DNA of 54,606 nucleotides from Macrostomum lignano (lineage: Eukaryota). Location of the stretch: positions 54,539 to 109,144 of the forward strand of contig NIVC01003249.1 in NCBI GenBank assembly GCA_002269645.1, read 5' to 3'. A program made the translations under genes and the position numbers. Each line of letters starts with the position of its first letter. Within the stretch, counting starts at the first letter, position 1. A model generated the notes under the pieces. It was given only the letters and a program-made list of their open reading frames with translations, ran no database searches and was not told where the DNA came from. Positions 24,541 through 36,912 of the stretch are shown here, in pieces.

Positions 24541-25470
24541 CACAGACACTAAGACATACAGACAGACAGACAACAGACGGACAGACAAGCTACACCTTGC
24601 AGCCTCACCTGCTGATGCAGTGTACGCTTCATCTCGGCCAGATTGGAAGGGAAAATCTCCACATAGCGGTGGCCAATGTACTGCTTGTTGAGCGACAGTG
24701 CCGCTTCAGCCTCGCCAGGATCAACGAATTCAACGAATGCCTGCGCGAGAATAATATTTCATATTTATTTTTCGTATATATTTGTACTACTTGTACTACT
24801 GCTGTAAGTATCTTGATTTTAAAACAAGTAACATTGAATTATTATGTCAAAATACACAAAATGAAAGACAACAATGCGAGCAATTGAAATTCTTGACATC
24901 TCAGCAATTCCCCCGTATGCCTTGACATCTCAACAATTCCCCCGTATGCCTTGACATCTCAGCAATTGCCCCGTATGCCTTGACATCTCAGCAATTCCCC
25001 CGTATGCCTTGACATCTCAGCAATTCCCCCGTATGCCTTGACATCCCAGCAATTCCCCCAGCTGTAAGCCTTAACATCTCGGCAGTTCCGCCAGCTGTAA
25101 GCCTTGATATCCCAGCAATTCCCCAGTAAGCCTTGACATCTCAGCAATTCCCCAATGAATCTTTTATGTTTGAAATGACGCTCATTTTACGCTTGCACAG
25201 CACTAAACAGTTGCTATATAGGTTAGGACATTTTGCACTGAAATTGAAACCATAGCAACCAGACGCTAACAACGGCAGCACTCGCCTGTCCAGCGGACAA
25301 TCCCCTGGCATTATAAACAATGTGAACACTGGCGGGCTGACAGCCGCGCAATCTTGACGAGAAAAACTCTTCAATATCGGCCACTGTTGCCTTATAGGGG
25401 ACCCGCGAAGGCGAACAACGGCGCTCTCTGCGATATCGTCCGAATCGTCTTGAGCATGGCTGTCAGTCAT
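21216..25470 (-). CDS. hnRNP F/H-GRSF1-ESRP-like protein with three quasi-RRMs; join(25286..25470,24609..24740,23682..24015,22173..22517,21216..21247); needs +1 G at 25402-25404
   Basis: qRRM motifs VVRLRG(V)[53 protein letters not shown] and [23 protein letters not shown]. All four introns are phase-consistent and the first has a GC donor. An alternative upstream ATG lies at 25518. Confidence 0.88.
21325..22050. repeat. ~21-bp C-rich repeat (G-rich on the sense strand) in hnRNP-like intron 4
   Basis: Unit ~CTCCAGCTCCCTCTCCCCCTC. Confidence 0.95.
22700..23670. repeat. Minisatellite with a constant 29-bp core and a variable G-run in hnRNP-like intron 3
   Basis: GAGCGGAGAGGCAGATTCAAGGATCCTGA followed by ~5-10 G. 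Confidence 0.95.
24066..24590. repeat. (GACA)n microsatellite in hnRNP-like intron 2
   Basis: Read directly, with interspersed CACTAA variants. Confidence 0.95.
24893..25155. repeat. 29-30-bp minisatellite in hnRNP-like intron 1
   Basis: Unit GCCTTGACATCTCAGCAATTCCCCCGTAT. An inverted copy lies at 39260-39488. Confidence 0.9.
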
Positions 25471-25724
25471 TGTTGCCTGCTGATGATGATGCACGAGTTG
25501 AAGTGTCGGGATCAGCAATTCGGGACCAGAAGCGACCTCGGCAGGTGCGGCAAGGCAGACGTCAATAGAGGCCTGAAATTCGACAAAATCTTTGTGTGCA
25601 ACAAAACTGACTAGTATGGAGGTGGAACCTAAAAACTGACTAGTATGGAAAGAGATTATGCTAATAAATGGGGATGGGAAATTCAGAAGCTGAATGGGGA
25701 ATTAGCTAATCAAGGGGGAGTAAA

Positions 25725-26150
25725 GCCTAACACCTGAGGATTATTGAAGGGGATGGTAGCCTAACACCTGAGGATTATTGAAGGGGATGGAAGCCAAACA
25801 CCTGAGGATTATTGAAGGGGATGGTAGCCTAACACCTGAGGATTATTGAAGGGGATGGTAGCCAAACACCTGAGGATTATTGAAGGGGATGGTAGCCTAA
25901 CACCTGAGGATTATTGAAGGGGATGGTAGCCTAACACCTGAGGATTATTGAAGGGGATGGTAGCCTAACACCTGAGGATTATTGAAGGGGATGGTAGCCT
26001 AACACCTGAGGATTATTGAAGGGGATGGTAGCCTAACACCTGAGGATTATTGAAGGGGATGGTAGCCAAACACCTGAGGATTATTGAAGGGGATGGTAGC
26101 CTAACACCTGAGGATTATTGAAGGGGATGGTAGCCTAACACCTGAAGATT
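25725..26150. repeat. 34-bp intergenic minisatellite (~12 copies)
   Basis: Unit ACACCTGAGGATTATTGAAGGGGATGGTAGCCTA. Confidence 0.95.
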
Positions 26151-26521
26151 AAGACATCGTAGACACTTCCATGCTAATCCAAACAATCACTAATTACAAA
26201 GTATAACAAGAATAGCACAATGTTGTGCATTTTTTGCTTCAACTGAAGCTATCATATTATAAATGCAAAAAGATGTTATTTTATTTGTAACAATAAAAGC
26301 ACAGCATAATTTGCCACAAAGTTAAGAAAATAGTTGACAACAATACAACGGAGAATGAATTTCTGGAAACAAACCTAGTACTCGTAAAAAAGGAAGAGTT
26401 AATAAAAAATGCCTATTTTTACGACAAAAATGCAAACTATTGTGGGTTGGATTGGATAAAATGTTTTAAAGGCTTAATGAAACGTTCTGTCGTTTGTCAG
26501 CAACATATTATTTGTAAACTG

Positions 26522-29500
26522 TTAGGACACCAAATTCAGCCGGCGCCTGACCTTCTCTTGAATCTTGGAAATATTCTCTGTCTCGTCAACTTTACTACCT
26601 TTCTTAACCTCCTCACGGCGCTCTTCGTCGAAGAACAGATCAGTAACCTCGTCAAGCAGCCGAGCGTGACCGTTGTCGGCATTGGATAGCAACATGAAAC
26701 CGAGTTTTGTGCGCAGCTTCAGGGCGGCTTCGTCTTCTTTTTTTTCTTGCTCAGGGGCGTAGAAGCAATGGCGATAATCTGGCTCCCGCTTCTCTTGCGA
26801 ACGCCGCATCGAGCTGATCTTGAAGGCAAAGCCGTCTGACAGCGGGAGAAAAGAAGACGCGTATCCAGATGTTGAGTTTTTTACCTGCTTGGTGAATGAG
26901 TCTGCCACTTCTTTTATTAAGCTATTAATCCTGAAGGTCCTGACCTGAAGCCATTAGTTCCGTTTCTGAATCTTATAATTTCAGATCCTGAATCTAATAA
27001 TTGAGATCCTGAATCTCATAATTCAGACCCTGAATCTAATTAACTCAGTTCTAAATATCATAATTCAGGCCCTGAATCTAATAATTCAGATCCTGAATAT
27101 CATAGTTCAGATTCTGAATCTCATAATTTAGTCCTGAAACTATCAATTGACTCCTCAAGCTATCAATTGAGTCATGAAGGTACTAATTGAGTCCTGAAGC
27201 TATCAATTCAGTCCTGAAGCCGATAATTCAGTCCTGAAGCCAATAATTCAGTCCTGAAGCTAATAAATCAGTCCTGAAGCTATCAACTCAGTCCTGAAGC
27301 TATCAATTCAGTCCTGAAGCTAATAAATCAGTCCTGAAGCTATCAACTCAGTCCTGAAGCTATCAATTCAGTCCTGAAGCTAATAAATCAGTTCTGAAGC
27401 TATCAACTTAGTTCTGAAGCTATCAATTCAGTCCTGAAGCTATCAATTCAGTCCTGAAGCCGATAATTCAGTCCTGAAGCCAATAATTCAGTCCTGAAGC
27501 CAATAATTCAGTCCTGAAGCTATCAATTCAGTCCTGAAGCTATCGATTCAGTCCTGAAGCTATCAACTCAGTCCTGAAGCTATCAACTCAGTCCTGAAGC
27601 TACCAGTTCAGTCCTGAAGCTATCAATTCAGTCCTGAAGCCAATAATTCAGTCCTGAAGCCAATAATTCAGTCCTGAAGCCAATAATTCAGTCCTGAAGC
27701 CAATAATTCAGTCCTGAAGCTATCAATTCAGTCCTGAAGCTATCGATTCAGTCCTGAAGCTATCAACTCAGTCCTGAAGCTATCGATTCAGTCCTGAAGC
27801 TATCAACTCAGTCCTGAAGCTATCAACTCAGTCCTGAAGCTACCAGTTCAGTCCTGAAGCTATTAGATCGGATACAGAGGCTTAAAAATTGCCATACTGA
27901 TCACATATATTTTCGAATGGCAATCCTGAAGCTATTAATTCTGGCTTTAAAGCTTCAACGAATACTTCGATCCTTAAAGCTGCCTACAAAAAGTTTATGA
28001 ACAGGTCTTACGAGTGCCTCCAACGTGCAGCGCAAAGTCCAACAGCAGACAGCCGTCCCGTCCTGCCAAGCCGAACACTCTCGGTCAAAGTACAAAGACT
28101 TGTAGATGAAGTCTTCATTCAGCCTAACGCTCACAGCCTCATCGCTAGACTCTGTTGTCACTCGAAGGCAAGTAGCGAATTCGCCCTCACGCTCCGCCGG
28201 CTCCAGCTCTACCTTCACAATGCGACCAGTTATGCAAGGAGTCGTCCAGCCCTCCCGGCCATCGCCGCTGATGAATGCGCGTTGAATTGCCGTTGCGTAC
28301 GAAGCGACGCTCGCTGTGGAAACCAGCGACATCTGTCTGTGCTGAGCAGCTGCTAAGACCAGCCTCTCTGCGGCTGCTGACCTGGCCAATGCCTCAACCT
28401 CTGCTGACGCATCGCTGCTGGCCAACAGGCACAAAATCTGTCCAGCATCCATCACTGCCGCATCATTCACAATTGATGGAGCGGAGGCTGAGTAGGACTC
28501 AACCTGTTGGACAAAGCTGCGATGAAGTGCGGCAGCGAATTCGGTCACGTCTCTCTCAATGTCCGCTTGACTACGGAGCAGCTTCTGATCGACAGGCCCT
28601 TCGGAATCGAACGTAAACGGAGTCTCGCCAACATTCCAGCCCTGCACCAGCGGCACCCCCAGGTAGCTGCCACCGGGCCGGATGGAGTCGAAGCCGCCAG
28701 CTTTGAGCAGACTCGGGTACAGTTCAATGCGGAATTCCGCAGCCCGCTTAGCCAAGTAGCTGGCAACTGAGCCAGACAGCAGACGGAACTTCCAGTGAGG
28801 CAGTTGGTCATTCTGAGCAATCTCAATCAGAGATTTGATTGGGCCCAGCAAATCAATCAGGCACAACAGGTCGGCAACAAAATCGCTGCCAAACATGTCC
28901 CGCTTATCTCTGTTATTGAATTCGCCTTCGTACTTCTGGCTGCGCCAGTGATACACCTCATAGAACTTGTCATAGTGCGTTGCCAAGGCCTCGAATTCGT
29001 AATAGATGTTCAAAGCGTAATGCCGATTGCAGTCAGGCGAAGCGGTGTCCGGCAGGTCAACATGCCAGTGCAAGCATTCGAACTTGTGAGCTCGATCTTC
29101 ACAGCGATAAGCCAGGCCGCAACGATTATTCTCAACCGTATCGTTTAAGGCGGCTGCCGCGTCAGAACTGAATGGCAATAGTTGATCACTGTCGCTAGGG
29201 GACATACATGTGCAACCTCCAAAATTCGGTCAGCCGTTCGACTTAGTTTTAACAAAAATGCGACGTAGTTTTTGGCCAAAAATGCAACTTGCATGTAAAA
29301 AAACCTAATGCAAAATTAACGCAACTTTGGGTAAACGGCAGGAGTAACTATGACTGTTTATTAAGCTAAAATGCCTCGTCAGCTACTTAGTACTACTCTT
29401 CAGGTTATTTTTTGGGTGGGCATTTTTGCGACTTCCTTGATTGGCCGCCAAATCGGTCGGCCGGATCGGCCGACTCGGCCGACTGTTGCGCATGTATGCT

Positions 29501-32500
29501 AGGGGATAGCTTGAGCAGTTTTCTCACGCTATTAGCAAACGCATCGGCGCTATAATAGCCTTCGGTGACGACGCCGACAAGACTATTCAGCGGGACGCTG
29601 GCTTGACGCAGATCTTCAATGAACTGCTTGGCCAGCTCATCGCTGTCGGCCTTTTTAAATTTAATATCGGAATAACTAACGCTTGATTCAACTGGCACAG
29701 CGATTGGCTGGCCATTCTTGTCTCTGGCTACTAGCAGCACGCAGCCCATGCTTCTTATCAGTTGGACATCGCACAGCACCGTGAACAGAGCCGATTCGCC
29801 TGTTGACGGCAGCACTCGGCGAATGTTGTCGCGGCTGTGTGAGGCCAGACAGGCGCTGAGGATATTGCACAGCTCGATGAAGTTTGTGCTGCAAAATATA
29901 AGCAATGGGGGAGGATTACAGACAGATAAACAGGTAGATATCATGAAGCTATGTAAAGATGTAGCTATGTATGTAGAAATGTACATACACAGGTAGATAG
30001 AGATGTAAATAAACAGATAGATAGAGATGCAAATACACAGGTAGACAGAGATGTGCATACACAGGTAGAGATGTACATACACAGGTAGACAGAGATGTGC
30101 ATACACAGGTAGATAGAGATTTACATACACAGGTATATAGAGGTGAACATACACAGGTAGATAAAGATGTACATACACAGGTAGATAGATGTACATACAC
30201 AGGTAGATAGAGATGTACATACACAGGTAGATAGAGATGTACATACACAGGTAGATAGAGATTTACATACACAGGTAGATAGAGATGTACATACACAGGT
30301 AGATAGAGATGTACATACACAGGTAGATAGATGTACATACACAGGTAGATAGAGATGTACATACACAGGTAGATAGAGATGTACATACACAGGTAGATAG
30401 AGATTTACATACACAGGTAGATAGAGATGTACATACACAGGTAGATAGAGATGTACATACACAGGTAGATAGAGATGTACATACACAGGTATATAGAGAT
30501 GTACATACACAGGTAGACAGAGATTTACATACACAGGTAGATAGAGGTGAACATACACAGGTAGATAAAGATGTACATACACAGGTAGATAGAGATGTAC
30601 ATACACAGGTAGATAGAGATGTACATACACAGGTAGATAGAGATTTACATACACAGGTAGATAGAGATGTACATACACAGGTAGATAAAGATGTACATAC
30701 ACAGGTAGATAGATATGTACATACACAGGTAGATAAAGATGTACATACACAGGTAGATAGATATGCAAATACACAGGCAGATAGATGTAAACACACAGGT
30801 ACATAGATATGTAATCAGCACACTTACTCAATACCGACAATGCGACTCTGCATTGTAGTGAAGATAAGCTTAACTATGCTTTTAAACGTGGACATGGAGC
30901 GTGGACTCTCAATTTCTAGAAGAGCTGCTCGAAACAGGCCCTGAACGAATCCGGTGTTGCGCCGCTTGAGCAGCTGTTTGGCTGTGTAATTCTCCAATGC
31001 CTTGGCGTGATCATCACCATTGCTGCCAGACAGATGGGAAACTACATATTGACGAAACTGACTCAAGGCAGCGTCATCATTGTTCAGGGCACTTTCATCG
31101 TCTTTTGTCATCAGCAGGCCAGTTGATAGATTGCCCTTGGACAATGGGTTGCTAAAATTTTGGGGGTTTGTGTTCGATTAATTTGTCTTTCTGTCTGGCG
31201 ATTTTTTTCTACCTGTCTGTTAACGTGTTGGGTCAGCCCATCGCTCTGTTGTTGTACCTGTCCATCTGCCTGTCTTTGTACCTGTCCATCTGCCTGTCTT
31301 TGTACCTGTCCATCTGCTTGTCTTTGTACCTGTCCATCTGCCTGTCTTTGTACCTGTCCATCTGCTTGTCTTTGTACCTGTCCATCTGCCTGTCTTTGTA
31401 CCTGCCTATCTGCCTGTCTTTGTACCTATCCATCTGCCTGTCTTTGTACCTGTCCATCTGCCTGTCTTTGTACCTGTCCATCTGCCTGTCTTTGTACCTG
31501 TCCATCTGCCTGTCTTTGTACCTGTCCATCTGCCTGTCTTTGTACCTGCCTATCTGCCTGTCTTTGTACCTATCCATCTGCCTGTCTTTGTACCTGTCCA
31601 TCTGCCTGTCTTTGTACCTGTCCATCTGCCTGTCTTTGTACCTGCCTATCTGTCTGTCTTTGTACCTGTCCATCTGCCCGTCTTTGTACCTGTCCATCTG
31701 CCCATCTTCGTACCTGTCCATCTACCTGTCTTTATACCTGTCCATCTGCCTGTCTGTACGTACCTGTCCATCTGCCCATCTCTGTACCTGTCCATCTGCC
31801 CGTCTTTGTACCTGTCCATCTGCCCGTTTTTGTACCTGTCCATCTGCATGTCTTTGTACCTGTCCATCTGCCTGTCTTTGTACCTGTCTATCTGCCTGTT
31901 GTTGTACCTGTCTATCTGCCTGTCTTTGTACCTGTCCATCTGCCTTTGTACCTGTCCATCTGCCCGTCTTTGTACCTGTCCATCTGTCCGTTTTTGTACC
32001 TGTCCATCTGCCTGTCGTTGTACCTGTCTATCTGCCTGTCTTTGTACCTGTCCATCTGCCTTTGTACCTGTCCATCTGCCCGTCTTTGTACCTGTCCATC
32101 TGTCCGTTTTTGTACCTGTCCATCTGCCTGTCTTTGTACCTGTCCATCTACCCGTCTCTATACCTGTCCATTTATCCGTCTCTATACCTGTCCATCTGCC
32201 TGTCTTTGTACCTGTCCATATACCCGTGTTTGTACCTGTATTATACCTGTCTGCACCTGTACGTCTTTGTTAATTTGTATCTAATTCCTGTTTGGATCTG
32301 TTCTCTGCCTGTGTTTGTACCTGCCTATCTACATGTTGCTTGACAGGCCTATTTTCCCGCATCTTGGCTCACTTTGTCATCTCTCTCTTAATATCAACAG
32401 TTAAAATCTAGCATCTCTGACTTACAGCAAGCGCTGCACATCCAGCACGGAGAGCTTGGAAAATGATCGAGCAGCTCTGCTACCTTCAAAACACGGGATG

Positions 32501-32703
32501 CAATAGAGAACTGATTGAGATCCAAACGATTCTTGCTTAAGTAGATAGTGTTCGAACAGATCTTGAACGCAAGTCGCATTGCTTAGGCCTGTGTCATCAT
32601 TTGACACTTCAGATGATGAAGAATCAGAGCTATTGTCTAATGCAGCCGAATTAGAAACAACTTCGTCCATATCTTGGTCGCTTGGCTGGTCATTTCCAGA
32701 CAT
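26522..32703 (-). CDS. Spliced hAT-superfamily transposase-derived gene (domesticated or decaying); exons 32426..32703, 30828..31151, ~29405..29888, ~27995..29205, ~26522..26930; the last two junctions are unresolved
   Basis: The first two introns are clean GTAAGT-AG and phase 2. Segments recall the hAT RNase-H core (FTVLCD; LVGVVTEG; DFVADLLCLIDLLGPIKSL..AQ..LPHW) and C-terminus (after +1 at 28083: GCLLLDFALHVGG; LKLRTKLGFML). Recognised by motif resemblance only, no search run. Confidence 0.55.
26960..27865. repeat. 20-bp minisatellite in the putative last intron of the hAT-derived gene
   Basis: Unit TCAGTCCTGAAGCTATCAAT, degenerate below ~27180. Confidence 0.95.
29960..30810. repeat. 24-bp minisatellite in hAT-derived gene intron 2
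   Basis: Unit ACATACACAGGTAGATAGAGATGT. Confidence 0.95.
31250..32260. repeat. 24-bp minisatellite in hAT-derived gene intron 1
   Basis: Unit TTGTACCTGTCCATCTGCCTGTCT. Confidence 0.95.
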
Positions 32704-35049
32704 TTTATGTCTTTTAAAAAAGCACTAATCAAACATGCAATAAAAAACAATTCAGTTTATAATTTAAATACTATTTCAAGTTTAAATAACACAACCCATT
32801 GGCCAAGACCTAAACATTGTTTGCCAATGTAGAATTATTTCTAAGTTATTGTTTTGTCCATTTTGACCAATAAAAATAGACTTATGCTACAGTTACAGCT
32901 ATTTGAGTAAACTACATTTTAGAAAAAGTATTACTTATTTTTATCTATTGGTTGTCAGGCTGAAGTTTATTTTAAATTGGAATTTGGAATAAATTTTAAC
33001 ATAAACCTAAGTTTTTTTCTATGTAGTATCTCATAGCTGCCCATGCTCCTGGAGATATTGTTTTTTAGAAAAATTGTTGCATGCAACAAGGTCCATAAAC
33101 AGTCTAATACTGTGTGCACAATAGTACACAATTGTCATTCCCATTAAGCCAATGCCACACAATATAATTTTCTAGTCCAATAACTTTCAATGATAATAAT
33201 AAACATGTACCAATCACTAAAATACATAAGACACTTACAATATTGATACTATATATGTATATGTGGTTCTCAATGACTAAAAAGTGGATTCGGTTGCATT
33301 AAAATGTGACATGGTATTTTTTGGAGTATTTCATGATGACATAAAATGCACATTATATATTTTCTTAAAATAAAATAATAATAAAAAAGATTTAACTCTT
33401 ATTAAATAAGTATTTCTTTAAATATGATAATCTTGAAAGAAGTATACAGTTTTTGTTTAACTGCTATATATTAGATACAATTGATAATTCCATTAGGGCA
33501 TAAGATATTCTTACATATTCAGCATGCTGACATAATAAATTTGATTTGTATTGATTAATTTACATTGCTAAGATGATTGATTTCATTTTCATTTGAAACA
33601 GAGTTAAGACTCAAAGAAAGACAATTTCATTGTTATGTCAGGACATATCATTAGATTCTGATTGAGTCTGATTCAAAGCCTGAGGCAGACAGCAGCAACA
33701 ACAAGAAGCAGACAATAACAAAGTCAACACCTTAGCCTGGCCACGTGGCCAGTCAAATAGTAAGAGACTAGTGACCATAAACCCATTGCTTTTTAAATGA
33801 AACACAAATATAGAATTATAGACAAGTGCAGATTTGAAATGGTAGACATTATAGCCACTATTACAAAGCCACTTAATGAAACCTATTCATTGAATTTTAC
33901 ATCATACTGAAATCAGATGTTCATAAAATAATTAATTCCTTGTCTAATATCTCTTTTAATCCTAACAATTCTTCCATTCATAGCATTTTTAGTCTTGATG
34001 GCTAGGACCAATCAGCCTATGCAGGCTAGCCAAGGATACATCTAAGGGGAAAGGCAATAGTCAATACTAAGATGGCTAATCTATCAGGGAGCCATAGCCA
34101 TCAGATCCACATTATTGCCTTAACTATCTAAAAGCAAGGCAGCTTATGCACAACTATCATATGGTTTGTGGCAACCAAATCAATACTCAAACATTATTGG
34201 GACACTGCATAAGAACAAAAATACAAGGCTTTCCAGTGTGCTTGAAAAAAAGAACCTTTATATCCAGGGCCTTTTGTAGGTAAAAAGCATTTAACTTTAT
34301 GCAAGGAACTTGACATTTAAATTTGCACATGGCAATTATAATAGTATTACAATGGCTATTTAAATGCTTTTCCTTTTTTTACTATTTACTCTAACAGAAT
34401 CAATGACTGGTTGAGACAATTTTGGAAGACTTAGATAGAATCTAGGCCACTAGCTAGTCAACTAATGCAGCCTAGGCCACTAGCTTTATGAAGGACAAAC
34501 TGAGTCATCAAGCAGAAACTAGCCAATCTAATAGGCATGATCTGTATTTAGGTAGCCAATTATAGTCTACACTGCTGCCAGTTGATTGCAGTCACAAGGC
34601 AATGTTAAGAACAAGAAATATAGCCAAGTTGCTGAACCATAAGCAAATAGGAATGGTACCATGCAGGATAGACTATCCTATTTACTGTGTACTGTTTTAT
34701 ACTCACTCAACAGGCCATTGAATACTAACTAGTCTATTGCAGGTATCTAATATATATTATGAGTCAATTATTAGTTTGATACTCTAATATATATAGATAC
34801 ATTATTTATTTCCTTTTTAATATATGATGTTTATATCAAATCAAAAAGTTACTATAACTAAATATATCAAAACTGAATATTAAAACTATAAATATAAAAC
34901 TATATATTATATCAAGACTATAACTAAAAGTAACAACATTTCTATCACTAGTCTTTTTCCCATCCCTATCTTTTTACCTATTTGCAGCAATCCAAGAGGC
35001 AAAGATATCCTAGCCACTAGGTTGCTTCTAAAAGCTTAGAAACTTTAAC

Positions 35050-35291
35050 ACTTGGTCATTGATCACGATTTCTGCAAGTTCTGCAACAAGATTATAGGAT
35101 ATTTCTTGGGCATAATAGGAAACATATACATTGTTGCAGCTTGTAAATATGAGGCCTCTAATAAGAGGTTCAAGAACATGAATAAGTTCATTATAAATAC
35201 TCTGCTTTGCTGCAACATGACCAATATCAAGACATTGGTAACATGCATTTACTATAAGATACTGTTGGCTTTTCTGGCTATTGGATGCCAA
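35050..35291 (-). mobile_element. Possible decayed retroelement gag/ORF1 zinc-knuckle remnant
   Basis: ACYQCLDIGHVAAKQ fits CX2CX4HX4C with the last Cys lost. It lies in a CpG-depleted block. Confidence 0.35.
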
Positions 35292-35639
35292 TGTAGGCTT
35301 TATCTGTCATAACACATTTAAGTTGTATAGTTTTTACAATGCTACATTGTATTGTACAAGAGTTAGTATTAAACATCTATGAAACACTTTTTTTATAATA
35401 TCTAGTAGAAAGATATAGGAATAATAACTTATCTAGAAACATCAAATTTTTAATAGATAGACCAATGCATGCAATCTACATGGTTTCTTTTTCAGCCTAT
35501 TATTGTCTTACAAAGACATTTTATATATACTTGTAGAATTTGCCCAAGGTTGTCATTGATGTGAGACAACTAAAAATTCAATAGCAACAGCAATAGCAAC
35601 TGTCAACAGCAACATTTTTGGCAGTTTTATTGGGAGTAC

Positions 35640-36075
35640 AACATTTGCTTGCAGGAAGTTTGCTTACCAAACTTTGCTTGCCAAACTTTGCTTGCCAAGC
35701 TTTGCTTGCAGTGACTTCCACAAATACTAGAAAATAAAAATTAGAAATACAAGAGCTCAATAATAGGTTCTTCAAGGTTCCACAAGAAAACTGTGGCTAG
35801 AAAACCTTGGGAAGCAAAATTTTTGCAAGCAAAGTTCTTGCAAGCAAACTTTGGCAAGCTTATATGCAGCAAGCAAATTTCCTGCAAGCAAAATTTGGCA
35901 AGCAAAGATTGGCAAGCAAACTTTGGCAGGCAAAATTCCACAAGCAAAGTTTGGCAAGCAGACTTTGGCAAGCAAATTTTGGCAAGTAAAGTTTGGCAAG
36001 CAGACTTTGGCTAGCAAATTTCCATAAGCAAAAGTCCTAAAAGCAAACTTTGGCAAGCAACCTCTTGCAAGCAAA
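35640..36075. repeat. Degenerate ~14-bp TTGGCAAGCAAA repeats in two opposed blocks
   Basis: TTTGCTTGCCAA block at 35640-35710 and TTGGCAAGCAAA block at 35810-36075. Confidence 0.85.
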
Positions 36076-36203
36076 TTTCATAGACCTAGTTTAATTAAAT
36101 CTAAAGCTGTTTTGTTATGTTTTTTTAAATTAAACTCATTTTGTGTTTTTAATAAATCATCAAAATGTGGGATATATCTTTATATGGCTATATCCCAATA
36201 CAT

Positions 36204-36357
36204 GCGCAACCTTGGGAATCACTTAGCTGTTTCTATTGGCAACACACACATGTAAGTCGCTATTGGCTGAGAGCAGTCACATGACTACTATTCTGTCCAA
36301 TAGCAACTTACATGTGTGTTGCCAATAGAAACAGCCAGGTGAATCCCTAGGTTGCGC
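36204..36357. repeat. ~154-bp near-perfect inverted repeat (hairpin)
   Basis: GCGCAACCTTGGGAATCACTTAGCTGTTTCTATTGGCAACACACACATGTAAGTCGCTATTGG pairs with 36297-36357 (about 5 mismatches and one CA indel), with a ~30-nt loop. Confidence 0.9.
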
Positions 36358-36912
36358 CCAAGCATGTATACTCCCCTAGTTATGTTTAATGTTTTTATAT
36401 ATAAAAATGCAGCTCTACTAGGCCACCCACTATATGATGTGGCTACCCACTAGATGTCAATGTTATTTTTAAAAACTTACTACTATATGCCATGTAGCCT
36501 GCTAGAAAAGTTAAACTTTTAGCCAGACAATGAGAATATAGCCAAGGTTTAAATCAAATGGTTTTATTGCATAATGTCATGACTAATAAAACAAGGCTCT
36601 GGCCAAAATTGTCATAGGGCCTATTTGAGATTGTCATATATAGATTATGAAAATAACAACTAAATTATCTAAATTGTAATTGTCTCTGCATTTAGACAAT
36701 GTTGGATTTACTAAATTGTTATATGTTTTATTGGCTATATAAGGATCTTAGCTCTCATAGGGGCAACATGTTCTTTTTTGCCAACAAAATGATTTTCAAC
36801 TTTAAATTACATTCATACCATCTGCTTAAAAGATATGAAGCCTTGGACTAATTACTATATTAAATTTAATAGGCCCTAGTCTAGCTGAATTTCAAGGTTT
36901 AACCTTGAACCT

